From assembly GCA_030704615.1 (NCBI GenBank), contig CM060734.1:56730001-56794000 (forward strand): 64,000 nucleotides of DNA, read 5' to 3'. Position numbers and translations under genes: made by a program. The DNA is from Takakia lepidozioides (taxonomy: Eukaryota; Plantae; Bryophyta). The notes beneath the pieces are model-generated. The model did no database searches and was not told where the DNA came from. It saw only the letters and a list, made by a program, of their open reading frames with translations. The first letter of the stretch is position 1. Each line of letters opens with the position of its first letter. Positions 48,180-60,500 of the stretch are shown here, piece after piece.

Positions 48180-48750
48180 GTACATCAGGCGGGAGCCGTG
48201 GGTGAGACGCCGCCCCCACGGTACCGGACGATGATGACGATGACAGTGATAGTGACAGTGACAACAACAATGAGCATGGAATTAACCAGGAGGATGTGCA
48301 AGCCATGGAGGATCTCTTAATGCATCATGTGGGCGCTGATGCATCCCATGAAGAGGGAACCCGACCAATCGATGATCCTGAAATGGCCCCCTCAAATGAC
48401 ATGGAAAGGGAGGCGAGAACTCCATTGTACGAAGAGACGAAAGTGAGACGACTTTCAACAATCTTATTTTTGCTCAATCTTCAAATTCGATTTGGTATAA
48501 GTAATGTTGGGATGTCTGCCATAATGCGAACTATTACAGACTATATCCTTGCTCTACACTTGAAACCCAAGATGTCGCGGTCGCGGAAAGAGGCGCGAAG
48601 TCTTGGACTCTGTGGGGATGGGCTATAAGATTTTTCATGCATGTCCATGTGATAAAACCCTATACTACGAAGTGGATTCGCATCTCACCAAGTGCCCAGA
48701 GTGCAAGAAAGCCCGATATGGGGATGATGTCCAAGGGGAAAAAAAGTAAC
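48180..48750 (+). pseudogene. CACTA (En/Spm) TnpD transposase, N-terminal fragment only
   Basis: EARTPLYEETKVRRLSTILFLLNLQ..SRKEARSL, frameshift, then GMGYKIFHACPCDKTLYY..LTKCPECKKARY. This is the conserved region preceding the Transposase_21 core, which is missing here. Confidence 0.85.
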
Positions 48751-50073
48751 ACCAAGTTGCCCCTCGCGCACGGAGCCACTTTCTAGCGAAGTATCGAGAC
48801 TCGAGAGTGGGAGTTTGTTGTAAGACGAGAGTGCAGCTAGGTAGTGTCTTCGGATGTGTGAATGTCGTTTGTAGCGTAAGGGGAGCGTGCGCCGCGAGCG
48901 TGGTGTGCGGTGTGGGACTGACATTGACATTGTATGTAGAGGAGCAGGAAAGCAGGCCTTCCCCAACCCACATTGGGCTCAACGCGTGACAATGGTGCTC
49001 AGAGGCGGAGCGGCCGGATACTAAAAATGGGAGGCACGGGGGACCCTTTAGTGGAGTCATCTGATTCGGAGAAGAGTAACGACAGTGAGGCGGATAGGGA
49101 TTTCCTGGCTTCCGAGGCCGAAGACTAGGGAGGTTCAAGTGCAGAGGCAGCTGAAATGAATCCGAAGGTGAATGAGATTTCCACCAGCACGGTACATCCA
49201 AACTTTTTTGCTACTCTGCTTTGCTCTCTCTCTCCCAAATGGTCTAGTTCAAAAGCCTACTTCAAAAGCAGATCCAACCTGGAGCCCTGACTACTATGAG
49301 CCTTCTACAGTACTATTGCTTTTCTGCCACTGTCTTCCATTCGCTTTCTCTCTCATGTGTTAACGTGAAGTGAAATCGTTTATGAGTAGCATCATGTAAG
49401 ATTTCTGGCAATCTGAAAATAAGGTGGAACACCCCAACATGAACAGATTGCAGACATTTAGCATGGTTGGGGTACTTGCAATTACTTCCTGCCAACATAC
49501 AAAAAGGCAGAGGCAAGACTGTAAGGGAAAAAAAAACCCTACTTAGGAGAAAACACTAGACATGAAAACAAACAAACCCTAAGAACCGTACATAGCAATG
49601 CCTCAGATCCTTGTAAACCCTGCTAAATCCTCCACAAAACCCTACATAACATTGCCTCATATTCTCCAAAAATCCACACGAGGAATCCGTGTCGTGCAGC
49701 ATATGTTGTAGTGATTGCAAGGATATTTGTTACTTCAGGATGCAAAATGCAGGCCCACAAGATTAGAAAAGAAGATTGGCACAGTGAAATTCCGAGCTGG
49801 AGATTTGCAGAAACCTGTGAAATTTGGGCTTGCCACATCCACAGACTTCATGGAGTTTTGGGTTAGCCTTTACCCTCCACATGTAGGAGATCTTTCAGTT
49901 CCAGATATGCTTTTGAAGTCAAATAGCATGATGCCCTTCCATGCTGCAGATGCAGTGCTTTATGTAATGATGCAGGCACGTGGAAAGCAACAGAGGACAC
50001 AAGCAATCCTACTGTACCTGGAGCCCCAAATTCTACTGGGGGGCAAGCCTGGTTATATGGGAGTGAAGGGCAG

Positions 50074-53000
50074 ATGTACCCTTCATCTTCATCCTTCCAA
50101 CAGGGAGTAGGAGGCAACTACAAAACCAACAACCCTACTACAGCCAGACTTCCCAGAACCCCATTCCAGCTAATTTCCAGCACCAACACCCTCCCATGCA
50201 TGGTTACTTCCCCCCTTATTCTTCTCAGCCACCCTCACAGCAGCCCCCTCGGTCGTCTTTTCAGGGCCCTTCCCAGTATGGAGGCCAGCCGGGAAATCCT
50301 CCTTTTGGGAATCATACCTCTACTGTTCCACTGTCTTTTCCCTATCCACAACAACAAAGTGGGCAGGGTTCTTTCACGGGTCAGGCTCCCCAGTTAAATT
50401 GGGGTCATGGGGGAGGATGGGGTGCTGCTCCTGCAGGTGAGAAGCGATGTACCGTCACTGGACAATACTCTTGGTGTGGAGGGGGCAGATGCGAAGGCTC
50501 GGAGGGCAGAGCTTCGGCGGGACGCAAGGAAGGATGAGAAGGAGTTGATGGAGCAGTGGAAGCAAAGTTCAAGACAAGGTCAGCCTATGTATATTTTGAC
50601 CACTAATGAGAAAGGGGACCTTGTGAAGGGAAAATCTAAATGGCAAGCAAAGCTAAAGGGCCATGTGATACGATGTTTAGACTTTGGGGCAAGCGGAATA
50701 AAACACCAGGATGAGAACAAGGTAGCCCTCATTATCAAAGAGATGGATTCTGAGTTTCGGTATTCACCGTTTCCTCTGAAGGGCAACAAAGTTCGTAATT
50801 ACATATTGAGTTTTATGAAGAGTGAGAGATCCAAGTGGAAGAGACAGTGGAAAGTGCATGGGGACCGACCTGAAGAATCCTCCACAAGCATGGAAATCTC
50901 TGGTGGCATATTGGTCATCGGCAGAGGGGCAGGAGGAGGCCGAGGTAAGGGCTAATTCTCGAGCACAAGTAAAGACTACATCCCATGTTGGGCGCACTGG
51001 AATTGCAGGGGCAGCAGCGAAATTGGTAAGATCCCTAAATTTTCCTTGGGTTCAAGCAACCGTACTTAGGTTCAGTCAGTGCCATTTTATGTGGAACTAG
51101 CTTGTAGCTAGCTGTTGTTGAAATGTTTGCAGTGATATATTATGTCTTATTGCTTATGTGTCATGACCTGGTTATACACAGGGCAAAGGAGGTGTTGGAA
51201 GCCCGTCCATTCACGCTTTAACTGCTGCATTGACAACCCCCAAAGGCTATCCGGAGAGTCGAAGTGCAAGGGTATGTTTTTATGTGCCTCATTTGTAGCT
51301 TATGTATTTTGTTTGCAAGCACATTCTGGCTTTAATGACACAGAAGGTAGGCGCCACATACTTACCAGTGAGCAGCTGTCATCAGAGCTGGTGGCAGCCA
51401 ATGCTTTTGAAATGCACACCCCTTCCCGCTTCATTTTCCCTACATAGCTTGCCTGACATCCTTAGTGTGCAAAATTCTATTGCTGATTGATGTGGAGTGT
51501 CTGCAGGGGTCTGGGTGACGCAGCTGGAGGGGATTTCCACATGGAAAAGTGGAGTGGACGACCGGTTGGCACAGATGTCGGTCGACTTACTTGAGAGCTT
51601 TCAAGAGGTGAAAGACATGGTGGCCTTGGTACTGAAAGCCGTGGGTGAGGTGGGGGTTGTTCTTAAAGCCTCGCCTAGCCGTGGGCAAGTAGGTGCAGCA
51701 GTTTCTATAATCCCTCCTGCCACAGGTACTATTGCTAAGTCTTGGAGATGCATTTGAGGGTGCAGAGAAAGATGGGGTTTCACCTTGTGGGGGGCCTTTG
51801 CCGAGCCACCTCAGGCAGCTGTGGAGTGTGGTTCCCAAGGTGAGGTGGAGCTGGTAGAGCTGGAGGGTAGCAAGGAGGTGATGGGGATGAAGGGCGGAGG
51901 TAAGCTGGAATTAAATGGAGGAGTGATAATGAAGGGCTCTGGGGGGGATGCTCCAGTAGCAGGAAAGAGAAAAGTTGGGAGGGTGGCAAAGATGGGAGCA
52001 GGACCAGCTGGGGGTGTTGCAGATGAAGTACAAGAGCCTACTGGTGTAAAGGTTCTTGACAAACAGGATACCCCGACACCCACTGACTCTTATGTGCAGG
52101 CTGAGCAAATTCAACACACCAACCTGACAAAAGGGGGAGGTAAGGGAAAGGGACGAGTGCCAGATGTGAAGGACACTGAGGGGGAGGGAGTGTTGGGGGG
52201 AAGAGGCAAAGCTGGGGGGGCTGCAAAGAAGAGGGCTCTTGTACAGGTTCGTATCCAGCAACTGTCTGATGAAGGAAGTGAAGATGTGAGAAAAGCTGGG
52301 AGGGTTGCAAAGATGACAGCAGGACCTGCTGGGGGTGTTGCAGATGAGGACGTACATGCACCTACTGCTGTGGCGGTGTGTGACAAACAGGAGGACCCCA
52401 CCCCCACTGACTCTTATGTGCAGGAGGGTACTGTGGTAAATCAAGACACCAACCTGACAAAAGGAGGAGGTAAGGCAAAGGGATGAGTGGATGTGAAGGA
52501 TACTGATGAGGGGAGGGGTGTGATGGGGGGAAGAGGTAAAGCTGGGGGGGGGGGAAGAGGAAAGCTCATCTACAGGGCATCCAACAACTGTCTGATGATG
52601 GAAGTGAAGATGTGGCGCCTGCAGACGATAGTGCGCATCTGGAAAGCAAGCACTCATCACCTGGTAAATTACACGCGGATCATGAGGTAATATCCCGTGC
52701 TATCCCAAACTGTGATAAAATAGGAAAGCATTAGTATTTTCTTTTCAATCAAATTCCAGTGCTACTGATGTACATGGTATCAGCGTCTACCTGCTGTCTG
52801 ACTGTGTATTTTGTTTTGTGCAGAGGTCTTCAACAAAATCCAAAGAACTTCATGGGGCACGGCGCCCTTCAACCGGTGGACAGCTCACTAGTATCACTGA
52901 AGCAGCCCCACCACCCACGGTAATGAACTTGATGCCTCCTTGTAACACTGACCTTTTGGCTGGTTTTCATTCTGGGTCTGAAGTAATGGATGTCCTTCAG

Positions 53001-53294
53001 AGACTGAACATCTGTCTGTTGGCTATGCAGTATAGGAGGGGATCCAAGGTATATCTGCGAAGCTATAAAAAACCTGCCCATGTGGTGGGTTCGGGCAAAA
53101 TTGCAGGTGTTTATGGCAGATCTGGCTTTTTGCCAGATGGTTACTACAGCGTTGAACTCAAAAATGCTCTGGAGCCAGAGCACCCTTTACCTGGTTGCAA
53201 CGTGGAGGCTGTGAAGAATGGCAAGAATTTGAGTCACATGGTGGGCTCATGCATTCTGTGGAATTTCAAGTTTTTGAATGTCATGATGTCTTGA
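50074..53294 (+). pseudogene. CACTA TnpA/Ptta-like gene (P/Q-rich N-terminus, Transposase_24-like block, C-terminal TNP1-like domain), frameshifted
   Basis: RSKWKRQW..PPQAWKSLVAYWSSAEGQEEAEVRANSRAQVKTTSHVGRTGIAG (Ptta/En/Spm signature) and VVGSGKIAG..LPDGYYSVELKNALEPEHPLP..LSHMVGSCILW; introns and frameshifts in between. Confidence 0.8.
51971..52612 (+). repeat. About 321-bp tandem duplication within the TnpA-like coding region
   Basis: K.GRVAKM.AGPAGGVADE..DKQ..PTPTDSYVQ..TNLTKGGGK.KG occurs twice (starts about 51971 and 52292). Confidence 0.9.
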
Positions 53295-54552
53295 TGATCT
53301 TTGTTCATGGCTTGGCCTACTGGACTTGGGCTGCGCAGCATTGCTTTCAAAGACCCTTGGTGCAGATACTATGTATGATTGGCAGCAGCCCTCATGCAGG
53401 GTTGTTTCGCAAATTTTGGGGATATTGAATTGGCATAACATTTGTAGTGATGCATATGTTGATTGGACAATTTAATGATCAACAATGCTGTCATTTTGAC
53501 ACCATGTGATGTGTTGTGTTTTGCTCATCTATGAAAACTGCTACTTGGATATAATATACTATACCCTAATGGATATAATTCTGTTTTGAAACATCCAAAA
53601 AGTTATAGTGATTTTACAGAGGGCTACTTTCCCTCTATTTAAAACAAAAATGAAAAAGGTTATAGTCGCCTGTATATCTCACTTCTGTGCAGTCAACTAA
53701 ATAAATAATTCATATAACCAAAAAAAAAAAAAAAAACAATGCCCCACTAATTCACAGTAGGCCTCTCCACCCTTTTATATATATATATATATAGTTGTAT
53801 GTTTCACTCCAGTATAGTGAATACTTTTACTGAACACGATATTATACAGTAATTAACAGTAAAACCCTACACCCTAAAAGTATATATGCATCTATTTATA
53901 ATAAAATCGATGTTTACTTCACTACACACAGTCAATTATGTTCACTAACTACAGTCATAGTATGGTAGAGACCACTAACTATACTATTGAAATTGTCTAT
54001 AAATACATCATCCAGTGAACTCTATAATATTTCAATTAACTACGTACCATATCATTCTACCAAGACTGAGTGAACCAGATATAGTACAGTTAAATATTGA
54101 ACTAACATTTCACTACAAATTCACCTATCACAAGTATATTTAATAGTGATTAAGTACTGAAAAATAGTTAATCTATTTTACTGCAGTGAAATAAATTCAC
54201 TACACGTCATACAACTTTGGGACCTCGGGTGGGTCCCATGGACACATTTCACTGTCGGAACCTGTCGGAACCTGACAGAACATGTCAGAGCCTGTTTGAC
54301 TGCTTGACTGAAACGACTTGACCGTTAGGACTGGAGTTTCACTGCGGAGGGTTATAGTAAACATGTCTCAAACGACTGGAAAAACAGTTAAATACAGAGT
54401 CAGAAAACCCAGATCCTATTGTAGTGTTTCCTCCTGCGAGTGTACTAGTGCTTCTATGAACTCCAACTAAGAAAAAATTTGTGCAGTAAGCTATCATTGT
54501 TCTCAACTCTAGATTGAATGATTCTCTTATTCGTAATGGTTTTCCACTATTG

Positions 54553-57500
54553 TTATCTCCCTAGGCTAACAACATTGAGCTCAACGTTGCTGCAAGACAG
54601 ATTTGAACTTTTCAAGCTCATTCTAACACCACTCGATGTTTCCCTGCACAACAGTAAACTCATATCTGAGCCTTCCGACATCTCGGCAAGTCCAAATCCA
54701 GATCCAGGAGCAGTTAGGAAGCGGTCATACAATTCGTTTACTCTCCCGGCTTCTATATCATTTTCCAAAACCTTCGGTTCTACATCCCCATGTAAAATTG
54801 CAACCACACGGGCCATGGAAGGTCGCCTCTCTCCTTCAGACGTCAAACACAAGAGAGCTACGTTGATCACTCGTTGTACTTCCATCATCTCATCGTTGTC
54901 CAAGTGAAGTTTGCAATCGACAAGACCCATTGGGTTATCTTCATTGTAGAATCTCCATGCCTACACGACAATGCATTCATTGGTTATTACACAACAAATA
55001 CGCAGACAGTTGAGAGTTCCCGTCTTTTCAATCATTTTGATCTATAATTCTTACAAAATAAGATCAAATTTTAACGGACTTTGTTCAATAGTTTCTCTTT
55101 GCATTCATGCTCAAGTTGACATCCTTGAGTCCATTTACTACGATAGGAATCTGTACATAGATCCTAGGTCCATTAACATGTACGTGTAGAACTCAAAAGT
55201 ATGAGATTAATTTTATTGCTTACTGAGCTGGACAACAAAGCCCGAGTATAATTCAATTAATCAAGTATTGGAACAAACTACAAATGACCCGGCTTTGACC
55301 GTTCCATAATTTAATGTATATCTGGGAAACTAGAATGATTTCATGGGGCATAAGAACAAGGATTCGGAAAGGAAATTTCTTAGGTGAAAGCCAATACTCT
55401 TGATTTCCGGTACCTTAAGGCTCTATTGAATGAACACATTTCACACAAAGTAAGAGATAAGCGGCCTACTCTTTCCAGTAGATATATCTGGTCCGGAGGC
55501 AAATTGGGATCAATGTTCCTTCTTCCGCTTACAACTTCCAATAGCAGAACGCCGAAGCTAAAAATATCGGCTTTCTCCGTGAGTTGGCCGAGAGTTGCGT
55601 ACTCGGGTGCTACATAGCCCCTGCACAGATTAATTAACCCATTACATGCAAATTTCTTAGCACCCCTAGCTGTGTCTATACTACATCGCGTTTCAGATTG
55701 TGACTCTACATATTCAATAAATTGCTTCCAATACCTCTGTTTCTAGCCCTGTCTATCCAAACTTCTTAGTTTGCCATAGCCGAGTCAATCATGATTAATA
55801 GGCGACACCTGACATCCTTCAGTATTTATATGCATACTCTTGCAAGGCTCGATCAAACATCAGATTAGTTGGAATTCAATGTAGACTTGTTGCTGTGTTG
55901 GAGAATTAGAAGCATTCACTTGATATAAGCTCCGGTGAAGTTAGCTGGTTCTCACATGACCATGTGTGCTCTACTAGTGCACTTATATAAAAGACTGCCC
56001 CGTCCTGATCAAACTTTGCGGTTGCGCCAACATGAGGGATACACACAGGTCAGGTGACGTTGTCTGTAGACATACACTTTCCACACTAGACTTGTAGTAT
56101 GAAAACAACAATACATTGAGCAAACCGTAGAGATCATTAAGTTGAAGAATATGTTATAACCTTGTGCCAGCAATATGCATGGTGGTGATGTGGCTTTTAT
56201 CGTCCGGAAACAAGAGGGCCAAGCCAAAATCTGCAATCTTTGCTTGTAAGTTATTGTCAAGCAGAATGTTGCTTGCCTTGATGTCTCGATGTATAATTCG
56301 CGGTTGAGCAATCTCATGAAGGTAGAGCAAACCACGGGCAACTCCTAGACAAATATTGAATCGTGCATGCCAGTTGAGAACCAAACCTTTGCCTTCTGCA
56401 AAAATATTGTGGAGGGCATCCATTTGATTAGCAAAACGAACTAATTCCGTGGAGTGGGGAATTCACCCTCCTCTGCGTCTCTTCAATCTCTTCCTCTTGA
56501 GCAACTAAAAACTTCATGATGAGTTATATGGGACCCTAGTTCTAGTATGTTCGAGACAGTGATTAATCGGGCCAAAACAACTCATGAAATAAGGACAAAA
56601 CAGTATATCTGTACATGACCATGACAAACCTTCAAACATGATTTATTGACCAACCTTCAAACAATTAGCCGGATTCGGTGAACTCACCAAACAATGTCGC
56701 AGCAAGATCGCCTTTCTCAACATATTCGTACACCAGAAGCCTTTGGTTCTCACGTAGGCAACATCCTTTTAATTTCACAAGGTTTCGGTGTTTGACTCCA
56801 GTGATAAGAACAACTTCATTGAGAAATTCATCGACGCATTTTTGCGTCTTAATGAAGAGTTGCTTCACCGCCACCTCAGTCCCATTTTTAAGTTTTCCCT
56901 GCTACCAAGTAAGGGAGGATGTTGATCGAAAAAAGAAAATCTGGGAGTCTTACGTACAATTCATCCCAATATCCATATGCTATCTAAATACATGAAAACT
57001 TCACACCAAGCTATATATATAGTTAGACTGTCTATTATCTCCAATATCAATCTGAAATAAGAGACTGGCGAGCTTGACATAAATCAGCAGTAGTAATAGT
57101 GAGTACACACCTGACTATTGCATTGACTGCAGACTTGATTAGATTTTCTAAGTGAATGAAAAATTTGAGGTTATAAACTAATAATCCAAGGGATATGGTA
57201 CAAAGTTCAAAAGGACTTTGTACCTTGTAAACAGCACCATAGCTCCCTTGACCTAGCTTCGTATCTGGATGAAAGTCTCTGGTGGCAGTCTTAAGCTCAT
57301 TGTACGCAAAGATTGTAGGCTGCACTTCAAACTCAGCAAATTCTGTGGAAAGTGACAATGAAATCTTCAGTTCCATCATGTCTTCACAGACACTCTTCAA
57401 TGTCTTCAATGCTATTGCGGCAACGCAATTGGCTGCGCTAAGCGGAAGATAAGAACAATGTAGTCTCCGATCCATATAGCTGTGCACCCATATCTGTATG

Positions 57501-60500
57501 TGCTACTCAAGAACATACCGGATGGATGAGTTCAATTAGTATGTCAAATGACGTTCACTAGTAGCGTAGACACAATACTAGCTCAAATATGTGACATGTG
57601 TCAATTAGCTTCAAGGATATAAGCAGAACTATGATACAATCAGTAATTAAAAGAGTCAATTTTGTACATATATATTGATTCACTTACTTTGCTGATAATG
57701 AAGCTGTAGGTAGCGTTTTTGTCGTTTACTCCACCAGAATAGCCAGGCGCCAGTGGCAATAATTAGTACCAGGACGGTACCACTTATAACTGAAGAAATT
57801 ATAATTATCAAGCTCCGATCATTGGACTTGGGAATATCTGTAGTCAGACAAAGATAAAGATTCATGAGATCAACTTAGATTTAAGATATTAAGTATGTCA
57901 AATGACAAATGGAAAGATTATCTTATAACTCCTTAAAAATAGTTACATGTACCGTGTATTGGCTACCATCTCAGTGTGAACTCCTCTTGTGATGATTATA
58001 CAGACATTTTTTTTCATGAAAGTTGCGAGTCCCACTACTCGATAAGTTCAAATCCATGATCGGACCCCGCTATTGGTCTAGTCAATAATTGAAGTGAATT
58101 CATTTGCAACAATCTTCACCTCCTACATAGATCAACATGAAGGGAGCTCCTTGAATTCCTATGACTCAAACATTAAGTTGTAGAACTAGTGACATCCGCG
58201 AATCCTAGTTATAAGGCAGATATATAATATTAATCCCCCCCATTCAACCCAACTTATCTTTCACTTGAAAGTAGGACTAACCATATTGTACAAAGCATGT
58301 TTGAGTGCAATAACATCTTTGCCCATCCGTTTGTTGAACAGTTGAATGCAAACAGTAGGAGTTGTTTTGGAGCCTGTAGTGCAAAAGACAAGTACTTTGG
58401 TAGAGGGAAAATATTGTACAAGAAAACACATCAACAACAATAGTTTAGTTCCTTGAACCTACATGTGTCAAATTTAGGGGACCTGATTGCTCACAATATC
58501 ATACATGCTTTTGTGGCTTATAACCTAAATTTGGTAGCAAATTATTGAAATTATAGGTGAGCCTTGAGGCGTAGATTCATCTCACTGGATTGTGACCAGC
58601 TTGATCAGCAGAGTCTTAAATTCTCTCTGGTATTTTTTCGAGAAAGATAGACAAAAACAAAGTTAGAATCTCTACTTACATGACAACAGTAGCAACGTCT
58701 CTGATGTCCGAAGAAGAGTATTCAACATTCGTTATATCGTTGTACGTCATGCTCAATAGTTGTAGATGTCCGCTTCCATAGTGATTACTCAAGCCACTTA
58801 CATTACCGATGTATAGGGTTCCATTGAACCTGTTGTTGTCAAGTATTCTACAAGCAGGTAATGGAGACTTCATAATATCAGGTACATTTCCACCAATATG
58901 AAATCGCCCTCGAGGATCAATAAGGGCCCAAGTTTGAGAGTGGTCCAGGAATTATGAAGCGGGAGTTATAGTAAACAGCAGGAGTTCAATTAATTAACTA
59001 CCATGTAAAGGGGGGGGGAAGGCAGGAAGGTAAGACTTATTAAATAGGGGATGATTCATGGTTAGATTGGGGTAAGCAGGCGTGGTGATTTTTAGGAGTG
59101 ACGTGTGTCAGGCCAGCCTTATAGAAGGTCCCATCGCTTGAGGGGTCGGCGGCCTTCTAGAAGGGTCCCACCGCCCTCTGTGGGTGTATGAAGAGTCGGG
59201 CTCTCTTCCCATGTCTGGCATGAGTATGCACAGTCTTTGTACCATTCCCCAACCCAAACTCCTTCTCCTATAACCTCTAAACCCCTTCACTTCTCTCTCT
59301 TTACTACGGCCAATGTCAGTAAGGCAATCAAGAAGCTGCAAAATGGCAGAGCGGTGGACATTTCAGGACGTCAGAGTGAATTCATCAAGCATGCTACACC
59401 TACTTTAGCCCCTTTTATAGCTAACCTCTTCAATGAGGTGGTGCAACGGGGCTTTCCAACAGAGTGGACAAAGAGCATCATCCACCCACTTTTTAAGAGA
59501 GGTGACAGGCTCGCACCGACAAACTATCGTACTATCATGGTGTCCTCATTACTTGCTAAACTGTTTGGGGCAGTAGTGGCCATGGAACTGGATGATTGGG
59601 CTGAGTACTCTCGCATTCGTGCTGCTGAGGGACAGGCTGGTTTCCGTCGCAACCGATCCACTATTGACCACATCTTCACTCTTCAGGTTATGGTGGAAAG
59701 TGCACGCTATGACAAAAGAATGGTCTATGTTTGCTTCGTGGACTTTCACAAAGCCTTTGATTCAGTTCCTCGGGACCTTCTCTTCCAACGGCTCCATAGA
59801 GTGGAGGTCCCTCCAGGCATCGTTTGTGCCATCTCTTCTATGTATGAGATTGTCACTGGCATGGTCAACGTCGCTGGTGAATTCTCAGCCGAGATCCACA
59901 GCAACATTGGAGTCAAACAGGGCTGCCCCCTTTCACCTACCCTGTTCGGGATCTACATTGACGCCTTGGAGAATTACATATCAAAAAACCATGGGGTTGG
60001 GGTCCCATTGGATGGGGGACCAACCCAATCAGATCTCCTCTACGCTGATGATGTTGCCCTTTTGGCACAATCCCCGGTCTTTCTGCAACGCCATCTCAAA
60101 ATTTTGGAACAGTTCTGCAAAGACTACGGGATGCAAGTCAATCTTAGCAAGACCAAGATCATGGTCTTCAATGGCCAGGCTGATCGTAGATTCATCTTCA
60201 ACCAGCAGGAAATTGAGATTGTGAAATCATACCGGTACCTAGGTCTGGTTATCCACTCCCCCAAGTTTCACTTTGCAGCCACTGCCTTGGACAGATTGAC
60301 TAAAGGTAAGGCAGCCTCCGTCCGCCTTCAGGCCAAATGCAAGCAAATACATCTGCGGCATCCCCCGACCAAAAAGTGGCTGTTTGACACCGTCATCAGT
60401 CCTGCTACCATCTATGGTTGTGAGTTATGGGCACCTGGTGTCCCTGTCTCCTGGTGGGAAAAGAATTTGGAACCATTACAGTCATCTTTTCTCCAAGCAA

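Larger units (their letters stand above)
48100..54426 (+). mobile_element. Internally deleted CACTA DNA transposon; right terminus at 54426, left terminus not found
   Basis: TnpD and TnpA remnants, an AT-rich subterminal region with 10-bp units TGTCGGAACC (54253-54294), and terminal TTGTAGTG (CACTACAA on the minus strand) ending at 54426. Confidence 0.8.

Noticed and set aside
51911-52660. 249-aa minus-strand ORF
   Set aside because: Antisense shadow of the G-rich duplicated TnpA-like region; no domain features.
59592-60224. 210-aa overlapping ORF in the LINE
   Set aside because: Alternative-frame shadow of the RT with no motifs.
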